Source: Myxococcales bacterium (lineage in GTDB: Bacteria; Myxococcota_A; Polyangia; Polyangiales; JAFGIB01). From it: a stretch of 44,509 nt of DNA. Both the position numbers and the translations under genes were made by a program. How positions within the stretch are numbered: the stretch's first letter is position 1; each line of letters starts with the position of its first letter. The stretch spans positions 1 through 44,509 of the forward strand of contig JAPPOT010000104.1 in the NCBI GenBank assembly GCA_028817855.1, in the 5' to 3' direction. Shown here in pieces: positions 28,267 through 37,414 of the stretch. Below the pieces are notes generated by a model. The model was not told the origin of the DNA. It saw only the letters and a program-made list of their open reading frames with translations, and made no database searches.

Positions 28267-28505
28267 GGCCGATCGTCTTATCACCTGGGAGGCGACCAAG
28301 CCGCCCGGCGATGCTCCCAGTTTAGATACAGTTATGATCCAGAACGCAGTTCCTTCAAACATCCCGCAGCAGGGGAAATCACCACGGGGCACAGAACTCC
28401 CTCAAAAAAGCACATCTGCCCTGCAAGGTTAAGCTCTCGCTGGCCACTCCTGACCCGTCAATCGGGCCCGGATCGCAGCAAAGCCGACAACGCGGGTGCG
28501 CGCCG

Positions 28506-29408
28506 CTATTGCTCGTCGTCCCCAGAAGCGACGCGACAGCGGTTGTTGGTGCAGACCATGCCGTCGGGGCAGCCATCGTCGGCGTCGCTGCAGTCGAGGC
28601 GACACAGACCGGTGCCGCCCATGCTGCAGCCGGCCTCGATGCTGCCGCTGGAGGGCGCTTCGGTGCAGTCCTCGCTGCTCTCGCAGGCCTGTGTGCAGAA
28701 TCCAGCTCCCGCGCCGGGCCCAGGGCCCTGCGCGGCGTTGCAGACCAGATCGCCGGCGCAGTCCGCGCTGGACTCGCAGCGCTCGAACGCACCCGCGGTC
28801 GCCAGGACGTTCGCGGGATAGTTGCAGCGGTTGCCGAGGCACTCCATGCCCGCGGGGCAGTCGCCGTCGTCCTCGCCTCCGCACTCCACGCGGCAGGCAT
28901 TGCGCCCCGAGGAGCAGGTGTAGGTCGCGCCGGTGAGCGCGCCGCAGCCCCCGTCGTCCGTGCAGCTGGCGGTGCAAAAACCGACCTCGTCCGTCGTGTA
29001 GCAGGCCAGCCCCATGTTGCAGTCGCGGTCGGACTCGCACAGCGCACCCTGGTTGCCGTCGCGTGCAGGCATGAACGCGGGCTCGGGGTCGGGCTCCGCC
29101 TCATCGTCCTGCCCTTCGTCTCCGCCTTCGCTGCCGTCGCCGTCACTGGCCGCGCCATCATCTTGCGCGCCGTCGTCGGTCGCGCCGTCGTCGCCCGCGG
29201 GCTCGTCGGCGCTCCCGGAGCTAGACGACGTGTCCGAGGCATCGTCCGTGTCCGTGCCCTCGTCGCCGCCGTTGGGCGCTGCCGCCGCGTCCGCGCTGCC
29301 GCCATCGCCCCGGGGGCAGTCCTCCCCGCTGCAATCGTCGCTGTCATCGCCGCAAGCCACGCCGCCTGCCAGCGCCAGGCAGATTCCGATCACCAGACCA
29401 TGTCGCAT
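28506..29408 (-). CDS. Cys-rich repeat lipoprotein
   Basis: MRHGLVIGICLALAGGVA-C; acidic linker; CESxxDC and CxxxC..DCPxGMxC repeats. Confidence 0.78.
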   Translation of the reverse strand: MRHGLVIGICLALAGGVACGDDSDDCSGEDCPRGDGGSADAAAAPNGGDEGTDTDDASDTSSSSGSADEPAGDDGATDDGAQDDGAASDGDGSEGGDEGQDDEAEPDPEPAFMPARDGNQGALCESDRDCNMGLACYTTDEVGFCTASCTDDGGCGALTGATYTCSSGRNACRVECGGEDDGDCPAGMECLGNRCNYPANVLATAGAFERCESSADCAGDLVCNAAQGPGPGAGAGFCTQACESSEDCTEAPSSGSIEAGCSMGGTGLCRLDCSDADDGCPDGMVCTNNRCRVASGDDEQ

Positions 29409-29833
29409 CTCAACCACCCTCCCGTTCCCTGGGGTGCTTAAACCGGCTTTCGGCGCCCCGCGGTACCGGAGTCTTGGTCCGGCAGTTTCACGGGGGGTGG
29501 GCACCGATACCGCGCCTTGGGCGGCGCGCCTCGACGCGCTTGCGTAGTCGCACTACGAGCCACTCCGGCCCGCGAAGCTGGCCGTTCGCGACAAGCCCTG
29601 TGCTTGCGGCGTCACGATCCATCGACACGTGAGGCAAACGATCTCGCACCACGGTACCGCCGATCCTGCCATGTGACACCGACTGCCAACCGAGGCGCGC
29701 CCTAGGCAGGTCCGGCTTCGGTGACGAGACGCGCGACGGTGCTGCAGCGTGACGTCTGGCGATTCGCTGCGAGACAGGGCAGAGTCGCGAGCACTGGCTC
29801 GTCGCGTCGCCCCGCTTTCGCCTCGCCGTCCTC

Positions 29834-29850
29834 CCGGCATGGTGTTTGCA
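29834..29850 (+). promoter_or_regulatory. Sigma54 (-24/-12) promoter
   Basis: CCGGCATGGTGTTTGCA: GG-N10-GC with TTGCA, ~170 nt upstream of 30020 in a ~610-nt intergenic region. Confidence 0.65.
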
Positions 29851-30019
29851 ACGTTACGTAAGTGGAACGTCGGGACGTTTCAGTACGTCGTACAGGCCTG
29901 GGATCTAGGCGCACATGCCAATGCGGCCATGTGAAGCAGTGATCGCAGTCCACGCACTGTGACAGGTGCAGCACCGATAGCGGCCAGGGTGGGCCGCTCT
30001 AAGCCAGTGGGATTCGAAA

Positions 30020-31258
30020 ATGGATATCGCCAGGATCACAACGAGCTGTCTCTTCTGTCTCGCGATCGGATGCGGCACGGACGCACCGGCCGATACGGCG
30101 CCCGTCGACACGGGTTTGCCCACCGTGGGTCCGCCCACCGCGATGATGCCCACACCGACACCGGGCGCCGCGCCGGGCACCGCAGGCACCCAGGCGCCAG
30201 CCCCCGCGGCCGCCGATCCCGCGGCGCAGCCGGCGACGCCGCCGACGCCCGCGGACATGCCCGGCATGGACGACCCCGCGGCCGCCGATCCCGCGGCGCC
30301 CCCCATGTACGAGATGGCGATGGACGAGTGCGGTCTCAACACCGGCTTCATCGGTGATGAGTACTGCATCCTCCCGCCCCCGCCGGACAAGGGCTTCCAG
30401 CTTCACATCGGGCCGTCGAACTACGACAACCCCGAGTCCGAGTACGTTCTCGGCCCCGGCCAGGAGGTCACCAACGACCTGCGCTCCGTGTCGGGCAACA
30501 GCGAGGAAACGTACTTCTACTACCGCCAGTACCGCATGCGGCCCGGCGCGCACCACATGATCGCCAGCCAGGGATCCGGCGGGCTGGGCGGGCGTCGCAT
30601 CGCCACCTCGAACACGAATGCGCTCGACAGCCCTCCCGGCGGCATCGTGGCGCCCGAGAACGAGGGCGTCGGCGTCCAGCTCGGCGCCAACACGACCATC
30701 AGCGTGAGCCTGCACTCCATCAACACGACCGACCAGCCGGTCCTGCGCGAGATCTGGATCAACTTCTGGTACGTCGATCCCGACACGGTCACCCAGCCCG
30801 CTTCGCAGCTCTTTCACCTCGGGGATCCCACCTTCGCCATCCAGCCCGGCGAGGAGACCACGCTCGGCCCCTATACCTGCGACATCCCGTCCGACGGGCG
30901 GATGCTCTGGTTCTACGGCCACCGCCACGCCAACAACTTGCGCTTCACCGCGTGGCGCGTCCGTGGAAGCCAGCGCGACCTCTTCTACGAGGGCTACGAC
31001 TGGGAAGACGTCCTGGTGCTCGAGTACTCGAGCCTGATCGACAACCCGCTGCCCGATCGCGAGCGACACATCGAAGGCGGCTGGACCGGTCCACTCGACT
31101 TCCAGGCCGGCGACAAGATCGAGTGGGAATGCCACGTGCGCAACATGACCGATGGCGTCGTTCGCTTCGCCAACGAGACGTACACGGGCGAGATGTGCAT
31201 CCTCGATGGTGAGATGGTTGGCACGAACTGCAGCGGCGGCGGCGGGTTTGGATTCTGA
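30020..31258 (+). CDS. Copper type II ascorbate-dependent monooxygenase (PHM/DBH)-like lipoprotein
   Basis: CLAIG-C lipobox; GAHHM, SLHSIN, GHRHA and GEMC match the CuH (H,H,H) and CuM (H,H,M) ligand order; also YDWED and WECH. Confidence 0.82.
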   Translation: MDIARITTSCLFCLAIGCGTDAPADTAPVDTGLPTVGPPTAMMPTPTPGAAPGTAGTQAPAPAAADPAAQPATPPTPADMPGMDDPAAADPAAPPMYEMAMDECGLNTGFIGDEYCILPPPPDKGFQLHIGPSNYDNPESEYVLGPGQEVTNDLRSVSGNSEETYFYYRQYRMRPGAHHMIASQGSGGLGGRRIATSNTNALDSPPGGIVAPENEGVGVQLGANTTISVSLHSINTTDQPVLREIWINFWYVDPDTVTQPASQLFHLGDPTFAIQPGEETTLGPYTCDIPSDGRMLWFYGHRHANNLRFTAWRVRGSQRDLFYEGYDWEDVLVLEYSSLIDNPLPDRERHIEGGWTGPLDFQAGDKIEWECHVRNMTDGVVRFANETYTGEMCILDGEMVGTNCSGGGGFGF

Positions 31259-31297
31259 CATCGACCGCCGAGCTGACACCCACCGAGCCTCCCGCCC

Positions 31298-32839
31298 ATG
31301 AACCGAACGACCGGATCCATCCTCCCCATCGTCATCGTCGCCGCGCTCTCGCTCTTCGGCTGCAGTGACGAGTCCGCCGCACCCTCCGACGGCCCCATGA
31401 TCGTCGCGTCCCCCGACCCGGGCGGGGAGGCACAGCAGCCGTCGTCGGATCCGGTCCCGCCCACCGGCGCCGCGGACCCCCAGGACACGGGCGAGCCCGC
31501 CATGGTTGGCGACGAGCCGTCCACTACTCCTACGGAGGTGCTCGAGCCGGAGGATGCCGAGGTCACGATGCCCACCGCGGCCAACGCGGCCTGGGTCTCC
31601 TACTCCAACGGGCCGCAAAGCTGGTTTGCAAACCTGGGCGAGACGACGCTGGGCGTCGACAACGTCGCAAACTTGACGATGAAGTGGATGATCAACTCGG
31701 AGGTCACGGCCCCGCCGGCAGTCGTGGGTGACCGCCTGTGGGTCACGACGGCGGAGGACGGCCTCATCGCATTCGAGGCCGAGACCGGCAACGTGATCTG
31801 GGAGGACACCAGCGTGAGCTCCTTCTCGGGGCCCGCCTACGACCCCACGACGGAGACCATCTACGTCAACCGCTGGGAGGGCGGAGTCCTCCACGCCTTC
31901 GACGCCAACGACGGCACGCTGCGCTGGTCGAGTCCGATCAGCGATCAGGACGCGGTGCGCGGCTGGTCCTCACCCGTCGTGGCGGGCAACCAGCTCGTCG
32001 TCGGCATCGCGTCCAGCGATCGCGGCCAGACCTTCAAGGGCGGGCTCGCTGTCTTCGACCTGGCGGGCGAGGTCCGGTCCCTGACCTACACGCACGCGCA
32101 GGAAACCGCGGCGGGCGTTGCGATCTGGGCAGGGCCGTCGATCGATGTCGACGCCCAGGCCGCCTTCGCCGGCTCGGGCAACAACTACACGCTGGCCGGC
32201 GACCACTCCGACTCGCTCTTCGGCATCGACCTTGGCACCGGGGACATGCTCTGGAACAACCAGCTGGCCGAGGACGACCGCTGGGCCTACGACTGCATCC
32301 TCTGTGGCCCCGACCACGACTTCGGCACCAACCCCATCCTGATCGAGTACAACGGACGACGGTTGCTGGCCGCGGGGCAGAAGTCGGGCTCGTTTTGGAT
32401 GCTCGACCGCGAGACGGGCCAGGTTCTCTGGGAGAAGGTGGTCTCGAGCACGTCTCACCCCGCCTATGGCGGCGTGCTCAACAACGGCGCGTTCGACGGG
32501 TCGCGGATTCTCGTTGCTGGCAACGACGGCGGCTCGCCGGGCACGCTCTACGCGCTCGACCCCGATCCCGATGGCGGCGGGCGGGTGCTCTGGGAGCGGC
32601 CGCTCGGCGGGCTCGTCCTGGCTCCGATCACGACGGCCAACGGCTTGGCCTTCGTGCCGGTCGGCAGCACGATGGAAGTCATCGCGACTGCAACAGGTGA
32701 GACCCTCACGGTGCTGCAGGCCGACGCACCGGTGGCGGGCGCTGCCGCAATTTCCAACGGACGGGTCTTCTTTGGCAGCGGCCTCTCCTACTATGATGAC
32801 GGCGCAGAGCCCGGCTCCTTCTACGCCTACGGCCTCTAG
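31298..32839 (+). CDS. PQQ beta-propeller lipoprotein, polyvinyl-alcohol-dehydrogenase-like
   Basis: LSLFG-C lipobox; AFxAxxGxxxW repeats; WSSPVV, GVAIWAGPSID, GSGNNY, GPDHDFG, AGQKSG. Confidence 0.82.
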   Translation: MNRTTGSILPIVIVAALSLFGCSDESAAPSDGPMIVASPDPGGEAQQPSSDPVPPTGAADPQDTGEPAMVGDEPSTTPTEVLEPEDAEVTMPTAANAAWVSYSNGPQSWFANLGETTLGVDNVANLTMKWMINSEVTAPPAVVGDRLWVTTAEDGLIAFEAETGNVIWEDTSVSSFSGPAYDPTTETIYVNRWEGGVLHAFDANDGTLRWSSPISDQDAVRGWSSPVVAGNQLVVGIASSDRGQTFKGGLAVFDLAGEVRSLTYTHAQETAAGVAIWAGPSIDVDAQAAFAGSGNNYTLAGDHSDSLFGIDLGTGDMLWNNQLAEDDRWAYDCILCGPDHDFGTNPILIEYNGRRLLAAGQKSGSFWMLDRETGQVLWEKVVSSTSHPAYGGVLNNGAFDGSRILVAGNDGGSPGTLYALDPDPDGGGRVLWERPLGGLVLAPITTANGLAFVPVGSTMEVIATATGETLTVLQADAPVAGAAAISNGRVFFGSGLSYYDDGAEPGSFYAYGL

Positions 32840-32864
32840 TGCTCTAGCGGCCGTTGGAGACTCG

Positions 32865-33467
32865 ATGACAGCAGTGCGTTCCAACTCTTCCATCACTGGG
32901 CCGTTGTGCCTCGCCGCGCTGGTCGGTGTGCTCGGCGGGTGCAGCGATGACAGCAGCTCCGCTTCGCAGCCCAACCTGGGCACGCCCCAGGACCCGACCG
33001 GCGCCATGCCCATGACGACGCCGGGTACCGATTCGAGCACGGACCTTCCGATGGCCGGCTCGCCTGCTCCGGCAGACATGCCGGGAGCCTCGCCCGCCGG
33101 CACGGTGACGTTCACCGAGGTCTTCGACACGGTCATCATGGGCACCGGCTGCAACGCGGGTCCGCTCTGCCACGGAGGCGCGGTGGGGATGCTGAAGATG
33201 GCCGATCGGGACTCGAGCTACGAGGCCCTGGTGGGCGTCGCCGCGATGGGCGGGAACCTCGCCGACGACACGAACCCGAGCTGTGCGGACACCGGCACGC
33301 TCCGCGTCAGCCCCGGAGACCCCGACAACAGCTTGCTCGTGCAGAAGATCGACCCGCCCGCCGGCGCGGTCCCGTGCGGCGCGGTCATGCCCCCGACGGG
33401 AGGCCTGGCGCCGGAGCACATCGAGCTGGTCCGAAGCTGGATCACGAGCGGCGCGGCGAACGACTAG
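32865..33467 (+). CDS. Cytochrome c-like lipoprotein with atypical CX5CH motif
   Basis: VLGG-C lipobox; TFTEVF..GCNAGPLCH, VSPGDPDNSLLVQKI, MPP (distal Met), LVRSWITSGA. Confidence 0.75.
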   Translation: MTAVRSNSSITGPLCLAALVGVLGGCSDDSSSASQPNLGTPQDPTGAMPMTTPGTDSSTDLPMAGSPAPADMPGASPAGTVTFTEVFDTVIMGTGCNAGPLCHGGAVGMLKMADRDSSYEALVGVAAMGGNLADDTNPSCADTGTLRVSPGDPDNSLLVQKIDPPAGAVPCGAVMPPTGGLAPEHIELVRSWITSGAAND

Positions 33468-33476
33468 GGGGGCCCT

Positions 33477-33497
33477 AGAGCGCATCAGATGCGCTCT
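33477..33497. terminator. Perfect inverted repeat between convergent genes, possible bidirectional terminator
   Basis: AGAGCGCATC-A-GATGCGCTCT; no U-tract. Confidence 0.45.
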
Positions 33498-33505
33498 GGT
33501 CGAGA

Positions 33506-34729
33506 TCACTCGAAGCTCAGTGAGAGCGAGTAGAGCGAGCTGCCCACCGGCACCACGCGGAGCAGGTAGTCGCCCTGGCCGAGCTCGATCTCGACGAGTT
33601 GGTCCGTCGCGCTGACATCGACCGTACGGATCGGAGACGCGATGTTGATTTGGTCGGCGTCCTCGTACAGCGCGACCTGCACGCGTCCTTCCACGTCGGC
33701 CACCGTGTACGTGAAGGTGCCGTTGCTCTCGAAGCGAACCGCGTAGATGTCCTCGGCGTCTGTTGCGCCCACGTAGCCACCGACGTCGATGCGACTGGAG
33801 CCGATCGTGCCCAGAGAGGTTGCGTCGTCGAAGGAGTTGCCGGCCTCCGGCTCCACCTCGGGCAGGGGATAGGCGTCCGCGCTCACGTCGATGTCGAAGA
33901 TCGTGCTCGCCCCGACCGGAACCACCGCGGCGAAATACACCCCGCGCTCGAGCTTCAGGTCGAGGGTGAGCTGCGTCTGGCGGACGTCCCAGGGCACGAG
34001 CGGATCGGCCTTGTTGATCTGCTCCGCGTCCGCGTAGAGCCCGCCCCCGAGACGGCCTGTCGTGGTCTCCAGGGTCAGAGTCACGGTCGCGTTCTCCTCC
34101 AGCTCGAGCCGAAAGTAGTCGCCGTCGGACTCCGCGAAGCCGCTGCAGTTGACGACCTCGGCACCCAGGACGCCAAAGTCGTACGCGACGTCGAAGTCGT
34201 CGCCTGCCTCGTCGCAGTCGGCCGGGTCCAACGGAGGAAGCTCCACGCCGCCGTCGTCGGCAGAAGGGTCTGGGTCCGTTCCCTCGGTACCACCCGTCGA
34301 AGGGGCGCCGTCGTCCCCCGCGGGTCCACTGTCGCCATCGCCCTGCTCTGAGCCGGGCTCACCGGCCCCACAGGCTTGGCACTCCAGACCGTCGCGCGTG
34401 ATCTTGTGGACACCGCTGCAGTTGCAGAGCTGGCGGATCAGCTCGTCGTCGTAGGTGCACACGAACTCGCATCTGCCCGCGCCGTTGCAGCTGCCGCCCA
34501 CGGCGACCTCATCTGTGGCGGGGCGGTAGGTCCCGTCGGCATCACAGCTGCCGCTGGCCTCCGAAAGCAGGACCTTGTTCTGGCCGAAGTCGCAGCCCTG
34601 GGTGTCGCACGGTTCCGTGGCCTCCTTGACCGCATCGGACGGGCTGCAACTCGGCAAGAGCCAGGCGATCAGCACCGCTGCGCACGCGCCCATGCTCCAC
34701 ACTCGGCTGCGTCGTTTGCCAGGCGTCAT
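33506..34729 (-). CDS. Lipoprotein with Cys-rich N-domain and two PPC-like beta-sandwich domains
   Basis: LLPS-C lipobox; DGDYFRLEL..RGVYFA; GGYVGATDAEDIY..GDYLLRV. Confidence 0.75.
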   Translation of the reverse strand: MTPGKRRSRVWSMGACAAVLIAWLLPSCSPSDAVKEATEPCDTQGCDFGQNKVLLSEASGSCDADGTYRPATDEVAVGGSCNGAGRCEFVCTYDDELIRQLCNCSGVHKITRDGLECQACGAGEPGSEQGDGDSGPAGDDGAPSTGGTEGTDPDPSADDGGVELPPLDPADCDEAGDDFDVAYDFGVLGAEVVNCSGFAESDGDYFRLELEENATVTLTLETTTGRLGGGLYADAEQINKADPLVPWDVRQTQLTLDLKLERGVYFAAVVPVGASTIFDIDVSADAYPLPEVEPEAGNSFDDATSLGTIGSSRIDVGGYVGATDAEDIYAVRFESNGTFTYTVADVEGRVQVALYEDADQINIASPIRTVDVSATDQLVEIELGQGDYLLRVVPVGSSLYSLSLSFE

Positions 34730-35940
34730 TCGATGCTCAGTGAGAGGGTGTAGAGGGCGTTTCCGGTCGGCGTGATGACGAAGAAGTACGTGCCTGCAGC
34801 CAGGTCCAGCGAACCGGTCTGCGCGCCTCCGTCGGCGGCCCGCACGTCGAGCTGTCTGAGGGGGTCGGCGCGATTGATCTGCACCGCATCTTCGTAGAGC
34901 TGCGCCAGCACTCGCCCCTCGACGTCGTCGACGGTGTAGGTCAGCGTCGCGTTCTGCTCGATGTCGAAGCGGTAGAAGTCCAGCGCGTCAGTCCTCCCGA
35001 CGTAGCCGCCGAAGTCCACGCGGCTGGTGCCGAGCGCCCCGATGTCGAGGGCGTCTTCCCAGTCCTCTCCCGGGTCCTGCTCGGGCTCGGCCAGGTACGG
35101 CTCGACGCTGGCGCGCAGCTCGTAATACGAGGCCGCGCCCGGGGTGAGCGAGATGAAGTAGGTGCCGCGCTCGGCGGCCAGCGACACCAGGCCGTCGTCC
35201 GGGCTGCGCACGTCGAGCATGGTGAGCGGCGCGTCGCGCTCCAGGATCGCGGCGTCGGGCAGCATGTGAAGCACGACCCGCGCGGAGACCTCACGCACCC
35301 CGAGGGTCAGCATCGAGTTCTGCTCCACCTCAAGGCGGACGAGATCCTCATCGTCGGTCGGTCCGACGTAGCCACCGAGAACACTCGCCTCGTCGGAGGG
35401 CACCACGCCGAGATCGTGCGCGGAGGACTTCTCCCCACCCGGCTCCGGCGCCGGCTCGGCCTCCGTGAAGTCCTCGGCCCTGAGGGTCAAGTCGTAGCGC
35501 GTCTGTCCCTGGGTCGAGAGCACCAGAACGTAGTCGCCCCGCTCCAGTACCGGTCGCAGCTGTCCATCCGCGTCGGCGCTGGCAGATACGGTCCCGACCT
35601 GCGTGCCATCCGCCGACTCGATGACGCCCGACAGCCTTCCGTCGTCGGACTCGAGATTCGCGATCACCTCGGCCGTCTGCCCCACCCTGAACGTGACCTC
35701 ACGCTTGCACTGGGGATGGAGCGATCCGCGAACCCCGATGAGCTCCTCGTCGAGCTGCTCGAGGGACACGGGCTCAGCACCCTCGCACAGGTCGCACTCG
35801 CTGCTGTCGAGCTCGGTTCCATCCATGCAGCCGCAAGTCCCCTCGACGGGCTGCATCCCGTCCGGGCATGGGCCACACGCGGCCGCGGCGAACAGCACGG
35901 GCACGACATACGAGGCGCGCAACGACCACACAGCTGACAT
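34726..35940 (-). CDS. Lipoprotein with three PPC-like domains; paralog of the downstream gene
   Basis: FAAAA-C lipobox; GGYVGPTDDED, GGYVGRTDALDFY, GDYVL, GTYFI, GTYFF; ATGA overlap. Confidence 0.75.
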   Translation of the reverse strand: MSAVWSLRASYVVPVLFAAAACGPCPDGMQPVEGTCGCMDGTELDSSECDLCEGAEPVSLEQLDEELIGVRGSLHPQCKREVTFRVGQTAEVIANLESDDGRLSGVIESADGTQVGTVSASADADGQLRPVLERGDYVLVLSTQGQTRYDLTLRAEDFTEAEPAPEPGGEKSSAHDLGVVPSDEASVLGGYVGPTDDEDLVRLEVEQNSMLTLGVREVSARVVLHMLPDAAILERDAPLTMLDVRSPDDGLVSLAAERGTYFISLTPGAASYYELRASVEPYLAEPEQDPGEDWEDALDIGALGTSRVDFGGYVGRTDALDFYRFDIEQNATLTYTVDDVEGRVLAQLYEDAVQINRADPLRQLDVRAADGGAQTGSLDLAAGTYFFVITPTGNALYTLSLSIE

Positions 35941-36249
35941 GGCAGCGGATCTACCCTGGCCGAGCCACTCGCTGCAAATCCAATTCGAGTGATCACGAAC
36001 GAGCACGCGCCGACCGACACGGGCAGCTTCGATGGCGTAGGAAACAGGGACACGTCGTCGAGCGGTCCGTCGCTCGCCATCAGTTCGGCTGCACATCGCC
36101 GGCTCCTGCAACATCAGCGGAAAGTTGCTTCTGATCAGAATGTTTGGACGGGTTCATCCGGCCCCGAGATTGGCCCAGTGGGTTAGCCTCGTCTTGCGAG
36201 TCGCGTTCATCGAGCTCGCTGCGCCCCGTTAGGCGGCTTGGACGAGAGG

Positions 36250-36797
36250 AGACATGGCGGATTCATCGACGGACTCGACCTGCCGTCCGATCACTCCACT
36301 CACACGCAGTCCCCCTCCGGTCAGCTAGCCGCCGGGGGGACGCCGCACGCGCCGGGCGCGATGAACCCCGTGAGGCTCATTCGTCGCAGGAGCTGTCCTG
36401 CCGGCAAGGGGAGGCATCGGACACGGCTCCTCGACCGACCCGGCTCCGCCAGCGTCGGCATCCGCCACCGCACGACCTGGGCACAGCGGCGGTCCGTAGC
36501 CCTCGTCGGCCGCAGGGCACGTGACTGTGCTCGGACGCTCGTCGACGGTCCGACCTCGGAGGACCCGGTGCCATCGTCCGGGCCCGCGAGGTCGGTCGCC
36601 CGGGACGCGTCGTCTTCAGCGGCCGCTCCCTGGCCCGCGGTACCGAACGGATCCGGCGGCGGCGTGGAAACGGCGGCCAACGGCGCGGCCCGCTCGGTGC
36701 CGCAGCCGGTCAGTGCGCCAACCAGCAGACAGGATGCCCGCGGCGCGCGAGACCACCCACGGGGTCCTGCTAGGCCGTGTCGCTTCAGGTGGCGCAA
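36250..36797 (-). pseudogene. Possible decayed Cys-rich lipoprotein gene
   Basis: LLVGALTG-C lipobox and acidic linker, then Cys-rich segments split across frames (TCPAADEGYGPPLCP; PCRQDSSCDE*; GACGVPP..*PEGDCV*). Confidence 0.35.
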
Positions 36798-37184
36798 GGG
36801 CTGGCACCCGCGCCTCTGGGAGGGGTGTTAGGCTTGGGCACCTTGCGCATCCGGAACTTCGAGCTGACGGTCGCGTTTGTGCTCCCGGGCTGTGTCGCGG
36901 ACCCGCCCCCCGTGATGGGCCTACTCGAGTGCGATGACTCGGCGCAGGAGGAGGTCCAGCGTTGCGATGCCACCGTGGGCCACTACGTCGACTGCTTCAC
37001 CGCCGTGCTGGAACAAAGCGCCGCGAGCTTCACGGGCTTCGACTGTGACGCCTTCGACGACTTCGACCCCACGCCCCGGATGCCGCAGGGCGCAAGTCCC
37101 TTCAACGTGCCGGCCTGCGAACCGCTGATGGGGGTCTGCCCCCAGGCCTTCATCGGCAGCGACAGCGGAGGGCCCCGGCAGTGA
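36777..37184 (+). CDS. Hypothetical Cys-containing protein or 3' gene fragment
   Basis: The 3' part has coding-like codon bias and a CDATVGHYVDC..PAC..C pattern; no clear start or signal peptide. Confidence 0.4.
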   Translation: MSLQVAQGLAPAPLGGVLGLGTLRIRNFELTVAFVLPGCVADPPPVMGLLECDDSAQEEVQRCDATVGHYVDCFTAVLEQSAASFTGFDCDAFDDFDPTPRMPQGASPFNVPACEPLMGVCPQAFIGSDSGGPRQ

Positions 37185-37414
37185 GAGCTGCGGCCGCGTC
37201 TGAACGCCGTGGGCATGCCGGCGGCTGTCCCAAATTGTGGGTCGCCCTGTTCTTGACGCACGAGGCCAACACCGCCCGCGGCTGTCCCGCACTGGGAGTG
37301 GTGATCGACCCCCGCAGCTCGCATGGTTGCTCTGCTGTGGAGAGGCGGCTTCACGAGCGGTCGCGGGGGGCTCGCGGCACCAGGCGGCGGGTCCGCCGAT
37401 CGCTCACGCTGCGC

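Noticed and set aside
30203-30300. Direct repeat CCCGCGGCCGCCGATCCCGCGGCGC
   Set aside because: In-frame duplication of a PAAADPAA linker; not an att site or target-site duplication
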